Source: Flavobacteriaceae bacterium UBA4439 (GTDB lineage: Bacteria; Bacteroidota; Bacteroidia; Flavobacteriales; Flavobacteriaceae). From it: a DNA stretch of 64,000 nucleotides. The stretch lies in assembly GCA_002390455.1 (NCBI GenBank), contig DGPN01000047.1:4622-68621 (forward strand), read 5' to 3'. Position 1 is the first letter of the stretch; each line of letters begins with the position of its first letter. Below, piece by piece: positions 29,222-38,616 of this stretch. A program made the translations under genes and the position numbers. The notes below the pieces were generated by a model that did not search any database, was not told where the DNA came from, and worked only from the letters and a program-made list of their open reading frames with translations.

Positions 29222-30165
29222 TTAATTCATGTCAAGATTGTCTTCGGATGTTTCGTCTGTATCCAACTCCTTGCCTTCCCCTTTTTTATTGTTTAATCGG
29301 ATTCGGATAATTAGTTCATGATTTCTAAAACCTAATTTAGAAATTAGATCGGGAGTAGGGAATTGATGGGCATAACCGACACTAATTGGACCTCCATTGT
29401 CAAAAAATGCAGAGAGCCCCAAGCTGCTGTTGTGGTGATAGGCAAAAAGAAACTCGGATTTTTGATAGGTAAAACCTGCATTGATAACCGAACTGATGGG
29501 GGCACTTTTTACCCATCTACCTAAGCAAGATACAATATACCTCCAGTTGGGTGCAAAAGCAGGTAAACGCAACCCCCCCGAAAAATAAAGATGGAGGTCA
29601 TCTACTGGACTTGGGTTGACAGCATCTGCATCCTTATCTTTTAAATGACCCATCAACATAGGAGCCGAAAACGAGAGATATCCCTTATCCATTTTATAAT
29701 GAACCCCTACTCCTATGTTGGGATAAAAGCGGGTGAGACTTACCAGTTTATCATCGTCATCATGAGTCATATTGATACCACTAAAATCCATACTGACGTG
29801 ATTTCCCCCTGCTTGGACTCCAAGAAATAAGGAATTTCCGTTACCTAATGGCAATCGATAGGAAAAATTGGTAAATATGTTTGTTTGACGCTCGACAAAA
29901 GTTTGGTCAACCATCAAAATGGCTCCATAAGCTAATCTTTTTTCTCCTTCAGGAATAGATAATTTAAAAAGTTGGATGTCAGGAGCCTCTTTGATACCAC
30001 TCCATTGACTTCTAAGTTTTAGCTCATTACCACCTGATCCTCTAAACCTGTTGCTGCAGGATTAAAAAATTGCAGGTTTTGCCCATAAAATGCTATAGGG
30101 ATGTCCTGTTGTGCCCAAATTAAAAGAGATAAAAGAATCAGAAAAAAAGAGCAAGTTTTTTTCAT
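29222..30165 (-). pseudogene. PorP/SprF-family T9SS membrane protein, reading frame interrupted by an apparent 1-nt deletion near 30030..30036
   Basis: ATG 30165 gives MKKTCSFFLILLSLLIWAQQDIPIAFYGQNLQFFNPAATGLEDQVVMS-stop. The -1 frame continues GGNELKLRSQWSGIKEAPDIQLF...AYGAILMVDQTF... into the 231-aa ORF 29222..29917. Joined, this matches the PorP/SprF N-terminal pattern (QQD...NPAxxG...(L/Y)R.QW.G...AP). Confidence 0.7.
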
Positions 30166-30187
30166 TTTTAATAAAATTTCAATGGAT

Positions 30188-31189
30188 TCAATCTGAAATA
30201 TATAGCCAACCTTTATGGTCTACTTTACCATCTCCATTATAGTCAATGGCGAAGAGATATGGTCCTGTGGGTACGGTATCCTTATTTTTTTTAAAATTTC
30301 CACCCCAATCATTTTTATAACCAAAAGATTTGGAAAAAACCACCTCACCCCATCGGTTGTATACAGAAACCTTGGCATTGGGATACTGCTCAATTCCCTC
30401 AATGATCCATGTGTCATTTTTACCATCACCATTCGGGGTAATGGCTTGAGAAATGTTTTTGGAATCAATTAGAGGGATCTTGCGCATCATCAGCGTAAAA
30501 GCCTTAAACTTCGAAAAATCCACCTTCTCTTTAGACTGAATATATCCTTCCAATAGGGAATTTGTAACTTCCCCGCTGTAAAAACCAGCAGTCAATTTAC
30601 TTTCAATGGGAATCCATCGGTCTCCATCGAACCCTCCGATGGTAATTAAATCCAAAGCTTTTTCTGGGCTAGGAGCATGATCTAATAATTCACCCAGATT
30701 AGAAAATACATTCCAAGAAATTAACAGCCTCCCTGATCCACGGGGGTTCCGCAATTTCCAGTATTGAGTTTTACTAACAGCTGCAATCGAATCAACAGAT
30801 TGAGATACTTCATAAGGGCGATGATGATAGGCCAAATCAAGATATTTAGCTCCCGTAAAATCGAAAATATAAACAGGCTGAAAAATATTGTCATGCCCCA
30901 GGGGAAAGACAAATTCAGAGGAGTTGTAAAAACGAATAAACCCGTCTACATGGTTGGTGTGGTTTGCCCCTGTAGAATTACTCCCTTGGGCAAAAGAGAG
31001 GATTCCCCCAGAAGTACCTCTATCGGTAATAATTTTTCCTGACTCGAAATAAAGTTGATCAGAGCCAATATGTAACTCGTTTTTTGGAGAAATGTATACA
31101 TCACCATAAAGTGCCATCTGCGAAAAGACAGAAAAGCAAGATATGGTGAAACAGAACGCACCAACAATAAGAAAACATTGCCGTTGCAT
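30188..31189 (-). CDS. T9SS type-B sorting domain (gliding-motility C-terminal domain) protein
   Basis: 333 aa with a signal peptide. The C-terminus ITPNGDGKNDTWIIEGIEQYPNAKVSVYNRWGEVVF...GPYLFAI...GWLYI is the CHU_C/type-B CTD signature. Confidence 0.8.
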   Translation of the reverse strand: MQRQCFLIVGAFCFTISCFSVFSQMALYGDVYISPKNELHIGSDQLYFESGKIITDRGTSGGILSFAQGSNSTGANHTNHVDGFIRFYNSSEFVFPLGHDNIFQPVYIFDFTGAKYLDLAYHHRPYEVSQSVDSIAAVSKTQYWKLRNPRGSGRLLISWNVFSNLGELLDHAPSPEKALDLITIGGFDGDRWIPIESKLTAGFYSGEVTNSLLEGYIQSKEKVDFSKFKAFTLMMRKIPLIDSKNISQAITPNGDGKNDTWIIEGIEQYPNAKVSVYNRWGEVVFSKSFGYKNDWGGNFKKNKDTVPTGPYLFAIDYNGDGKVDHKGWLYISD

Positions 31190-31242
31190 GGTTGGGACAT
31201 TAAGTAGGCTTTAGTATATTAATTTATACATAAAATGGGGAA

Positions 31243-32250
31243 TCACCAATTTTTGGACATTTCTACTAAAAACCCATCTTGATCAGCTACAGTCCAGAGC
31301 GCCTCCAAAACAGGGTTATTTTCGATGAGTGCTTTTCCTTCTTCTAGCGGCATAATCATAAGTGCAGTAGCCCATGCATCTGCGGTCATACAGTCAGGGG
31401 CTTTCACGGAAGTACTGAGGATATTTGTTTTTTGTGCCGATCCCGTAAGGGGGCTAATGGAGTGAACAAACCGCTCTCCAGTAGTGGGATCAATCCTGTT
31501 CTTGCGATAGTTTCCAGAACTGGCGAGAGCTTGATTATCTAGCCTTATGGTTTGCAAAAACTGACGTTCTTCTCCTTGACGAGGATCTTCAATGGCGATT
31601 TTCCATGCTTTTTGTGTTTTGGGACTGTTTCCTTTGGCAACAATCTCTCCTCCTATTTCTACCATATAATCTGAACTGCCCAGAGCTTGTAGGAAATTTC
31701 CTATAATATCAACTGTATATCCTTTGGCCAAGGCGTTAAAATCAATATAAATCTCGGGAAATTGTTTTGCTATGGTGTTGTTCTCATTGAGTACTATTTT
31801 TTGCCATCCCGTAAGCTGAAGGAGACTGTCTTTCTTCTTTGGATTGATTGAATTTGCGGAGGCTTTAGGTCCAAATCCATAGGCGTTAACCAAGGCACCA
31901 ACGGTGGGGTCAAAATAACCTCCTGTGGCTTTCCAAACTTCAGTCGCTTTCTGGAATACCTTCCTAAAGTGATGATCTACTATCACCTCAGTATCCCCTC
32001 TATTGATTTTAGAAATATCCGATTCTGGTAAATAGGTAGATAGAGATTTATTGATTACATAAAACAATGAATCAATGCCCTTTTGAATGACTTGCTCATC
32101 AACAGCAGCAACGTATTGAATATTATACGAAGTTCCAAGAGCAAAACCTTGCAATCTTTTAGATTTTGTGGGATTTGGACTGCACGAAAAAATCAGCCAA
32201 AAAAGGCCCAGACTAGTCCATAATTTGAAGTCCATCAAAATTGACTGCAT
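31243..32250 (-). CDS. apbE: FAD:protein FMN transferase ApbE (lipoprotein)
   Basis: 335 aa with lipobox LIFSC, FDPTVGALVN, the ApbE core, and a position immediately downstream of the nqr genes. An alternative start at 32235 (MDFKLW) is possible. Confidence 0.85.
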   Translation of the reverse strand: MQSILMDFKLWTSLGLFWLIFSCSPNPTKSKRLQGFALGTSYNIQYVAAVDEQVIQKGIDSLFYVINKSLSTYLPESDISKINRGDTEVIVDHHFRKVFQKATEVWKATGGYFDPTVGALVNAYGFGPKASANSINPKKKDSLLQLTGWQKIVLNENNTIAKQFPEIYIDFNALAKGYTVDIIGNFLQALGSSDYMVEIGGEIVAKGNSPKTQKAWKIAIEDPRQGEERQFLQTIRLDNQALASSGNYRKNRIDPTTGERFVHSISPLTGSAQKTNILSTSVKAPDCMTADAWATALMIMPLEEGKALIENNPVLEALWTVADQDGFLVEMSKNW

Positions 32251-32566
32251 AAGGGTCGTTTTGGGTTAAGGGTAAATCGTAGTCATCGGCATTGGCAAGG
32301 CCCACCCCTGCATAATAGGTGGTGGCTTTGTATTTGATACCATGATCTTTGACCTGCTCCATCAGTTGAGCATCAAAATTTTTAGGATTTTCGGGATACA
32401 AGCACCCCCGTACCACTATGAAATGAAGTTTTTTACCCTTTAGGCATACAAACTGCGGATCTTTTTTTGGTTGTGAATTGACCGCCAAAAATTCAAATCC
32501 ACTTGCGCTAAGGTGGTCTCCCACCTCTTTCATTGCTAATCGATGAATTTCTTGGGCATTGAGCAT
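32213..32566 (-). CDS. Hypothetical 117-aa cytoplasmic protein, translationally coupled to nqrF
   Basis: Its ATG directly abuts the nqrF TAG stop (...GGT GGT TAG ATG...), and its 3' end overlaps the apbE start by 23-38 nt. It has no TM segment and no motif I recognise. Confidence 0.6.
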   Translation of the reverse strand: MLNAQEIHRLAMKEVGDHLSASGFEFLAVNSQPKKDPQFVCLKGKKLHFIVVRGCLYPENPKNFDAQLMEQVKDHGIKYKATTYYAGVGLANADDYDLPLTQNDPYAVNFDGLQIMD

Positions 32567-33862
32567 CTAACCACCGAAATCATCAAATCGAACATTCTCG
32601 GGCGGAATGCCAAAGTCGTCGGACATTTTCTCTATCGCTTGGTTCATCAGTGGAGGACCACAGAAATAAACCTCAATGTCTTCAGGAGCTTCGTGGTGAT
32701 TAAGGTAATTATCGATCACACATTGATGTACAAATCCTTTAAATCCATCACCTTCTCCATCCAATCCTTCTTTAACCTTCCAATTGTCTTCTTCCATTGG
32801 TTCAGAGAGGGCAACATAGAACTTGAAATTTTCGAAGTCTTTTTCCAATGCCTTGAAGTGATCCAAGTAGAATAGCTCTCTCTTGGAACGACCACCGTAC
32901 CAAAAGCTTACTTTTCGTCCAGTTTTTAGCGTTCTGAACAACTCGTACAAGTGAGAACGCATGGGTGCCATACCAGCTCCACCCCCTACATAAAGCATTT
33001 CGGCCTCTGAGTGATTGATGAAAAATTCTCCGTAAGGACCAGAAATGGTTACTTTATCCCCAGCTTTTTTGGAGAAAATATAGGAAGAGGCAACTCCAGG
33101 ATTGACATCCATCCAGTTGTTTTTATTTCGATCCCAAGGTGGGGTGGCAATCCTGACGTTGAGCATGATTTCACGACCCTCGGCAGGGAAAGAAGCCATA
33201 GAATAGGCTCGCTCAACCGTTTCGGGGTTTTTCATCACCAAAGGCCAAAGGTTAAATTTGTCCCATTCCAATTTGAACTTGTCGGGTTCGCCCGGATGTT
33301 CTTCGGGATGAGCAGAAATATCGATGTCACTATATTTTACCTCGCATTTGGGAATTTCTATCTGAATATAACCCCCCGCCTCGTAATCCATAGCCTCGGG
33401 TATTTCGACGACAAATTCTTTAATAAATGAAGCAACGTTCCAGTTTCTGATTACTGTAGCTTCCCATTTTTTGATCCCAAATACTTCTTCGGGGATTTGG
33501 ATGACCATATTTTGTTTTACTTTCACCTGACAGCCCAAGCGCCATCCCTCAGCGATTTCTTTTCGGGTAAAGTGTGGGACTTCGGTGGGAAGGATTTCTC
33601 CACCTCCCTCCACAACCTGACACTTGCATTGGATACAAGTTCCACCTCCTCCGCATGCGGAAGGCAAAAATATTTTACTATTTCCCAAGGTGGTAAGCAA
33701 AGTACTCCCAGAGGAAACCTCTACATCATTATCTCCATTGATCAAAAGACTGACCGGCCCTGAGGGCAATAATTTTGCCTTGACCCCCAAAAGCATACCG
33801 ACCAATACAAAGGTGATGACCAAAAAAACCACAATACTCGCAACAATAACTGAATAATCCAT
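32567..33862 (-). CDS. nqrF: Na+-translocating NADH:quinone reductase subunit F
   Basis: N-terminal TM helix, 2Fe-2S ferredoxin motif CGGGGTCIQCKC, and an FAD/NADH-binding domain (RAYSMAS, GGGAGMAP). Confidence 0.95.
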   Translation of the reverse strand: MDYSVIVASIVVFLVITFVLVGMLLGVKAKLLPSGPVSLLINGDNDVEVSSGSTLLTTLGNSKIFLPSACGGGGTCIQCKCQVVEGGGEILPTEVPHFTRKEIAEGWRLGCQVKVKQNMVIQIPEEVFGIKKWEATVIRNWNVASFIKEFVVEIPEAMDYEAGGYIQIEIPKCEVKYSDIDISAHPEEHPGEPDKFKLEWDKFNLWPLVMKNPETVERAYSMASFPAEGREIMLNVRIATPPWDRNKNNWMDVNPGVASSYIFSKKAGDKVTISGPYGEFFINHSEAEMLYVGGGAGMAPMRSHLYELFRTLKTGRKVSFWYGGRSKRELFYLDHFKALEKDFENFKFYVALSEPMEEDNWKVKEGLDGEGDGFKGFVHQCVIDNYLNHHEAPEDIEVYFCGPPLMNQAIEKMSDDFGIPPENVRFDDFGG

Positions 33863-33872
33863 CTCTAATTGA

Positions 33873-34490
33873 CTATAATTTAATACCCATAAAACTCATA
33901 AAACCCAACGCCATCAAACCTGTTATAATAAAGGTAATTCCCAATCCCCGCAGTGGAGCTGGCACATTTGAATAAATAATTTTTTCTCTTATTGCTGCGA
34001 TGGCCAAAATGGCCAACAACCAACCGATTCCAGAACCGAATCCATAAACAGCGGATTCTGATACCCCAGAAAAATCTTTTTGTTGCATGAATAACGAACC
34101 TCCCAATATGGCACAGTTCACTGCAATTAGGGGAAGAAAAATCCCTAAGGCTCCATAGAGCGCTGGAGCATATCTTTCTACAATCATTTCTACCAATTGA
34201 ACCATAGAGGCTATCACGGCAATGAACATAATAAAACTCAAAAAGCTCAAATCAATCTCAGCATAGGAGGGATCCAACCATTGCAAGGCTCCTGGACGCA
34301 AAAGATAGGTGTCCAATAAGAAATTGATGGGAACTGTAATGGACAGAACAAAAATAACAGCGAAACCAAGTCCAACAGCCGTTTTTACGGTTTTGGAAAC
34401 CGCCAAATAGGAACACATCCCCAAGAAATAGGCGAAAATCATGTTCTCAATAAAAATACTTTTAACAAATAAGTTCAAATATCCTTCCAT
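33873..34490 (-). CDS. nqrE: Na+-NQR subunit E
   Basis: 205-aa polytopic membrane protein in the nqr gene order, with the RnfA/NqrE-type sequence [17 protein letters not shown]. Confidence 0.9.
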   Translation of the reverse strand: MEGYLNLFVKSIFIENMIFAYFLGMCSYLAVSKTVKTAVGLGFAVIFVLSITVPINFLLDTYLLRPGALQWLDPSYAEIDLSFLSFIMFIAVIASMVQLVEMIVERYAPALYGALGIFLPLIAVNCAILGGSLFMQQKDFSGVSESAVYGFGSGIGWLLAILAIAAIREKIIYSNVPAPLRGLGITFIITGLMALGFMSFMGIKL

Positions 34491-34493
34491 GAT

Positions 34494-35189
34494 CTAGTTC
34501 TTTTCGATGAGTTTTCTATTGCGAGCGCGTTGTATCCAAATAAAGACACCAACGGTAATTAGCGCCATGGGGGATAACAACATTAATCCGTTGTTTTCGT
34601 AACCCATTTCGTAAAATGCATCGGGGATTACCTGATATCCAAAGAGTTTTCCCGAGCCAAGAAGTTCTCTAAAAAAAGCTACCACAATGAGAATGAATCC
34701 ATATCCAGCAGCATTCCCAATACCGTCCAAGAATGATCTCCAAACTCCATTACCCAAAGCAAAGGCTTCCAATCGGCCCATTACAATACAATTGGTGATG
34801 ATCAATCCAATAAATATGGATAACTGTTTACTTACATCATAGGCATAAGCCCTGAGAATTTGATCGACCAAAATTACCATAGAAGCCACTACCACTAACT
34901 GAACGATAATTCTAATTCGATTGGGAATTAGATTTCTCAACAGTGAAATGATGACATTACTGGCTCCCATTACAGCAATTACCGATAGAGTCATCACCAA
35001 AGCTGGCTTGAGTTGAACGGTAATTGCAAGTGCGGAACATACGCCCAAAACCTGAACGGTTATGGGGTTGTTGTCGTCCAAGGGGTCGGTCAAAAGCACC
35101 CTATTTTTTTTGGAAAATAGAGGCTCTGATTCCTTATTAAGGAATAAGAGGGTTGGTTTTTTTGAAGGATTTGCTTCTTTATCTGCCAT
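34494..35189 (-). CDS. nqrD: Na+-NQR subunit D
   Basis: 231-aa polytopic membrane protein, with DPLDDNNPITVQVLGVCSALA typical of NqrD/RnfE. Confidence 0.9.
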   Translation of the reverse strand: MADKEANPSKKPTLLFLNKESEPLFSKKNRVLLTDPLDDNNPITVQVLGVCSALAITVQLKPALVMTLSVIAVMGASNVIISLLRNLIPNRIRIIVQLVVVASMVILVDQILRAYAYDVSKQLSIFIGLIITNCIVMGRLEAFALGNGVWRSFLDGIGNAAGYGFILIVVAFFRELLGSGKLFGYQVIPDAFYEMGYENNGLMLLSPMALITVGVFIWIQRARNRKLIEKN

Positions 35190-35195
35190 AGTTTG

Positions 35196-35927
35196 TTAGT
35201 TTATCGAGGCCATGGTGGTTTTTTCCTTTTCGAAATAAGGGAGGTAATGGGTTAATCGCTCGATGATCATGTCTGTAACACCGTCACCCGTAATGGTTGC
35301 TCCGGAAATGGCATCCACTTCATGATCTTCTTTATCGGTGTCCTTTGGGTCGTTGTTGGTCTTGGAAACATTGATCCCTACCAATTGACCTGAGGAATTG
35401 AATACTTTTTCTTCTTTAAATCGATCCATGAACCACTGTTGGGTGATCTCAGCACCAAGTCCAGCGGTTTCTCCTTTATGGTCAAATACAGCACCTTGAA
35501 TGGTATTAATATCGGACTTAAGGGCAATATACCCCCAAATGGCATCCCACAATCCCGAGCCGCGCAAGGGAATGATATAATAGCTGATATTGTCAACCAC
35601 TGCTTTGTATAGAGGGAAGCGCTGTTCGTTTGCGGGTTTTTTGATTTCGTTATTCAGCTTGAGTTGAAAAGCATCCACTTTCTCGTCTGGATTCCCCAAA
35701 TGATCCAAAGCCAAAGTCCCAGTAATGTATTGTTTATATAGTGTTTCGGCTTGCTCTCTATCGGTCTGAATACCAATAGTTGAAAGGATATTCTGCATTT
35801 TTTCCTTTCTGACATTATCGGCCTGAAGTGATTTGAGTGAACTGGCTGTAAAGGCCAAAGTGGAAGCGACCACCAGTACCATTGCAGCAGCAAAAAGAAA
35901 AGTATATCCGTTGGAGTCTCTATTCAT
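35196..35927 (-). CDS. nqrC: Na+-NQR subunit C
   Basis: Single TM helix plus the FMN-attachment site motif AISGATITGDG. The start is chosen at ATG 35927, 2 nt after the nqrB stop. Confidence 0.9.
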   Translation of the reverse strand: MNRDSNGYTFLFAAAMVLVVASTLAFTASSLKSLQADNVRKEKMQNILSTIGIQTDREQAETLYKQYITGTLALDHLGNPDEKVDAFQLKLNNEIKKPANEQRFPLYKAVVDNISYYIIPLRGSGLWDAIWGYIALKSDINTIQGAVFDHKGETAGLGAEITQQWFMDRFKEEKVFNSSGQLVGINVSKTNNDPKDTDKEDHEVDAISGATITGDGVTDMIIERLTHYLPYFEKEKTTMASIN

Positions 35928-35929
35928 GA

Positions 35930-37084
35930 CTAAGCAGTTTTGAGGGCTGAAGCCCATCTTTTTTTACGTTTGTTTATGTTTCCTTGAATGACATAATGGT
36001 CGATGGTGGGGGCAAAAACATTCATCAACAATATGGCCAACATTACCCCTTCTGGGTAGGCAGGATTAAATACTCTAATTAAAATACAAAATACACCCAC
36101 TAGGATTCCATAGACCCATTTTCCTTTGTTGGTTTGGGCGGCAGAAACGGGATCGGTGGCCATAAAGACAACACCAAAAGCAAAACCTCCTACGACTAAA
36201 TGATTGACCCATGAAAAGCTCATCAGGGCATTTGCACCCCAAAGGTTGAATAAGAAGCCTACTAAAGCTGCTCCAATAAAACTTCCTAAAATGATCCTCC
36301 AACTGCCCACTCCTGTGAAAATCAAGATGGCTGCTCCAATCAATACAAAAAGGGCAGAGGTCTCTGCGATTGAACCAGGAATAGATCCTTGAAACATTTC
36401 AAAGAAACTATAGTTGACATTACCCCCTGCTGCTAAAGTACCCAATATGGTTTCACCGGAAATCCCATCGATGTTGGAAGCTTCAGAAACCCAAACTTTG
36501 TTTCCCGACATATAGGTGGGGTATGCAAAAAATGCAAATGCTCTGGCGGTCAGTGCAGGATTTAAAATATTCATACCCGTTCCACCAAAAGCTTCTTTAG
36601 CAATCAATACGGCAAAGGCAACCGAAATGGCAACCATCCAAAGAGGTATGTCAACAGGCATGATCATAGGGATCAAAAGACCTGTTACCAAATATCCCTC
36701 GTTTACTTCGTGACCGCGATAGACGGCAAAAATAAATTCTATGGTCAAACCTACTACATAGGAAACGATAATCATGGGTACAATTTTCCAAGACCCGTGA
36801 ACAAATGCATCCAAAAATGTAAAAGCCTCTTCAGTTTGAATAAAATGCTGATATCCAGTATTGTAAATCCCATAGATCAAAGCGGGCATCAATGCAATGA
36901 TGACCGTTACCATTGTTCTTTTGAGATCAACCGCATCACGAATGTGAGCCCCAGTATGGGTGGTGTGGTTGGGTACAAAAAGAAAAGTGTCAAAGGCGTT
37001 GATGGCCGGAGCATACTTTTCCCATTTTTGACCTTTGCCAAAAGGTCTTTTAAGATTGTCTAATTTTTTCCTCAAAAAGTTCAT
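35930..37084 (-). CDS. nqrB: Na+-NQR subunit B
   Basis: 384-aa polytopic membrane protein with the FMN-attachment region (ISGETILG) and the nqr gene order. Confidence 0.9.
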   Translation of the reverse strand: MNFLRKKLDNLKRPFGKGQKWEKYAPAINAFDTFLFVPNHTTHTGAHIRDAVDLKRTMVTVIIALMPALIYGIYNTGYQHFIQTEEAFTFLDAFVHGSWKIVPMIIVSYVVGLTIEFIFAVYRGHEVNEGYLVTGLLIPMIMPVDIPLWMVAISVAFAVLIAKEAFGGTGMNILNPALTARAFAFFAYPTYMSGNKVWVSEASNIDGISGETILGTLAAGGNVNYSFFEMFQGSIPGSIAETSALFVLIGAAILIFTGVGSWRIILGSFIGAALVGFLFNLWGANALMSFSWVNHLVVGGFAFGVVFMATDPVSAAQTNKGKWVYGILVGVFCILIRVFNPAYPEGVMLAILLMNVFAPTIDHYVIQGNINKRKKRWASALKTA

Positions 37085-37094
37085 ACTGTAAATA

Positions 37095-38447
37095 TTATCC
37101 TGCTTCTTTAATCATTAATTCAATTCCTTCTCTGATAATTTGCTGTGCTTCGATTTTGGAAGTACTGGCATAATCAATCAACCCAAAGTCTTCGGGTATG
37201 ACTTCATAGATGCCCAAAGCTTCCATTTTTTCGATATCATTTGCCATACAGGCTTTGAGTAACTGCATGGGGTAAATGTCCATGGGGAATACTTTTTCCA
37301 TTTCTCCAGTAACCACTAAGGCTCTTTCTTCCCCATTCATATTGGTATCAACATTATAGCCTTTGTTGCCAAACAACCAAGACAAAGAAGTTTTGGACAA
37401 GCTTGGAATTTTGTTATCCATAAAGGGCAACCATCCAAACATTCTGTAATGGTTTCCTTCGGGAATAATGGTCAACAAATTGTTGTGAAAGTCCAAATGA
37501 CCATCGGGAGCCTCGGCCTTTCCGCTTAGAACATCACCGTTGATAAAACGATTTTGCTGGCTTTTGTCAAAGCCAGTAATGTCTGTTAATGAACTTATTA
37601 GGGCACCTATTTTAGTTTTGACATATTGGGGTTGTAAAACCGATTCACCGGCTACGGCCAATATCCTTTGGGAACTATACTGACCATTGTCGAACAACCT
37701 ACCAATGTTGACCACGTCCTCGGGACGCACTTCCCAAACTTTCTCCCCCATATTGATGGGCGTATGATGGTGGATTTGAACACTGACGTTTCCAGCGGGG
37801 TGTGGTCCACTAATGTGCAACAACTCTACCCCTTTTGTGTTTTCAAAAAATCCTGAAAAAGCAGCATCTACGGAAAGTATCACAGGATTCTCCACCAAGG
37901 CGTTGAGAACGTCAATTCCCTTTTGGAAGTCTTCTTTGTTGTTTTTGAGTAAAAACTCGAAGTCAACGTCCAAGGGGGCAGAGGCATAGGTAGAAACATA
38001 AATGGTCTTTGGAGTAACATCTGGGTCGGCAGTAATCCCGTATGGTCTTTGTTTTATAAAAGGCCAAGCACCACTTTTCAATAGAATTTCTCTAATATTT
38101 TCGCGATTCAAAGATTTGGAAGCGGGTATTTTGTGGGTCACTACATCCCCCGCTTGCTCTTCTATAATGATTTTTAAAATTTTTCTTTTGGCACCCCTAA
38201 CGACTTCTTTAACCGTTCCCGACACAGGAGAGACAAACAAGATTCGAGGATCTTGTTTGGAATGAAAAACAGGCGCTCCCTCCGAAATCCTCTCACCTTC
38301 TTTAACCATCAAACGAGGAACAATTCCAAAAAAATTGTCAGGTTTTAGCGCAAATGTTTTGGAAGGAGTAGCATCTGATAAAATTTTTTCAGACTCACCT
38401 TTCAATTGGATGGTTGCACCCCTACGGATGCGAATGCCTACAGACAT
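37095..38447 (-). CDS. nqrA: Na+-NQR subunit A
   Basis: 450-aa soluble subunit, first gene of the nqrABCDEF order; N-terminus IRIRRGATIQLKGE. Confidence 0.9.
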   Translation of the reverse strand: MSVGIRIRRGATIQLKGESEKILSDATPSKTFALKPDNFFGIVPRLMVKEGERISEGAPVFHSKQDPRILFVSPVSGTVKEVVRGAKRKILKIIIEEQAGDVVTHKIPASKSLNRENIREILLKSGAWPFIKQRPYGITADPDVTPKTIYVSTYASAPLDVDFEFLLKNNKEDFQKGIDVLNALVENPVILSVDAAFSGFFENTKGVELLHISGPHPAGNVSVQIHHHTPINMGEKVWEVRPEDVVNIGRLFDNGQYSSQRILAVAGESVLQPQYVKTKIGALISSLTDITGFDKSQQNRFINGDVLSGKAEAPDGHLDFHNNLLTIIPEGNHYRMFGWLPFMDNKIPSLSKTSLSWLFGNKGYNVDTNMNGEERALVVTGEMEKVFPMDIYPMQLLKACMANDIEKMEALGIYEVIPEDFGLIDYASTSKIEAQQIIREGIELMIKEAG

Positions 38448-38616
38448 ATTTGGAAGTTTCTAAAATCACACAAATTTACTAATAAAGGCCCATCTCTTAA
38501 AATGAATAAATGGCAAAAATGAATAATTTATAACAATTCTAAATAGTCGTTTAACTTTTCACAAAAGCGGCTTGGCAATGATTCACCAAATGCTTTTAAA
38601 TTCCTAATTTTACAAT

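Noticed and set aside
38471-38478. TAAATTTG (-7-like box, minus sense) 24 nt upstream of the nqrA ATG.
   Set aside because: It matches TAnnTTTG, but I could not find a TTG -33 element at the expected 17-21-nt spacing, so it is not listed as a feature.
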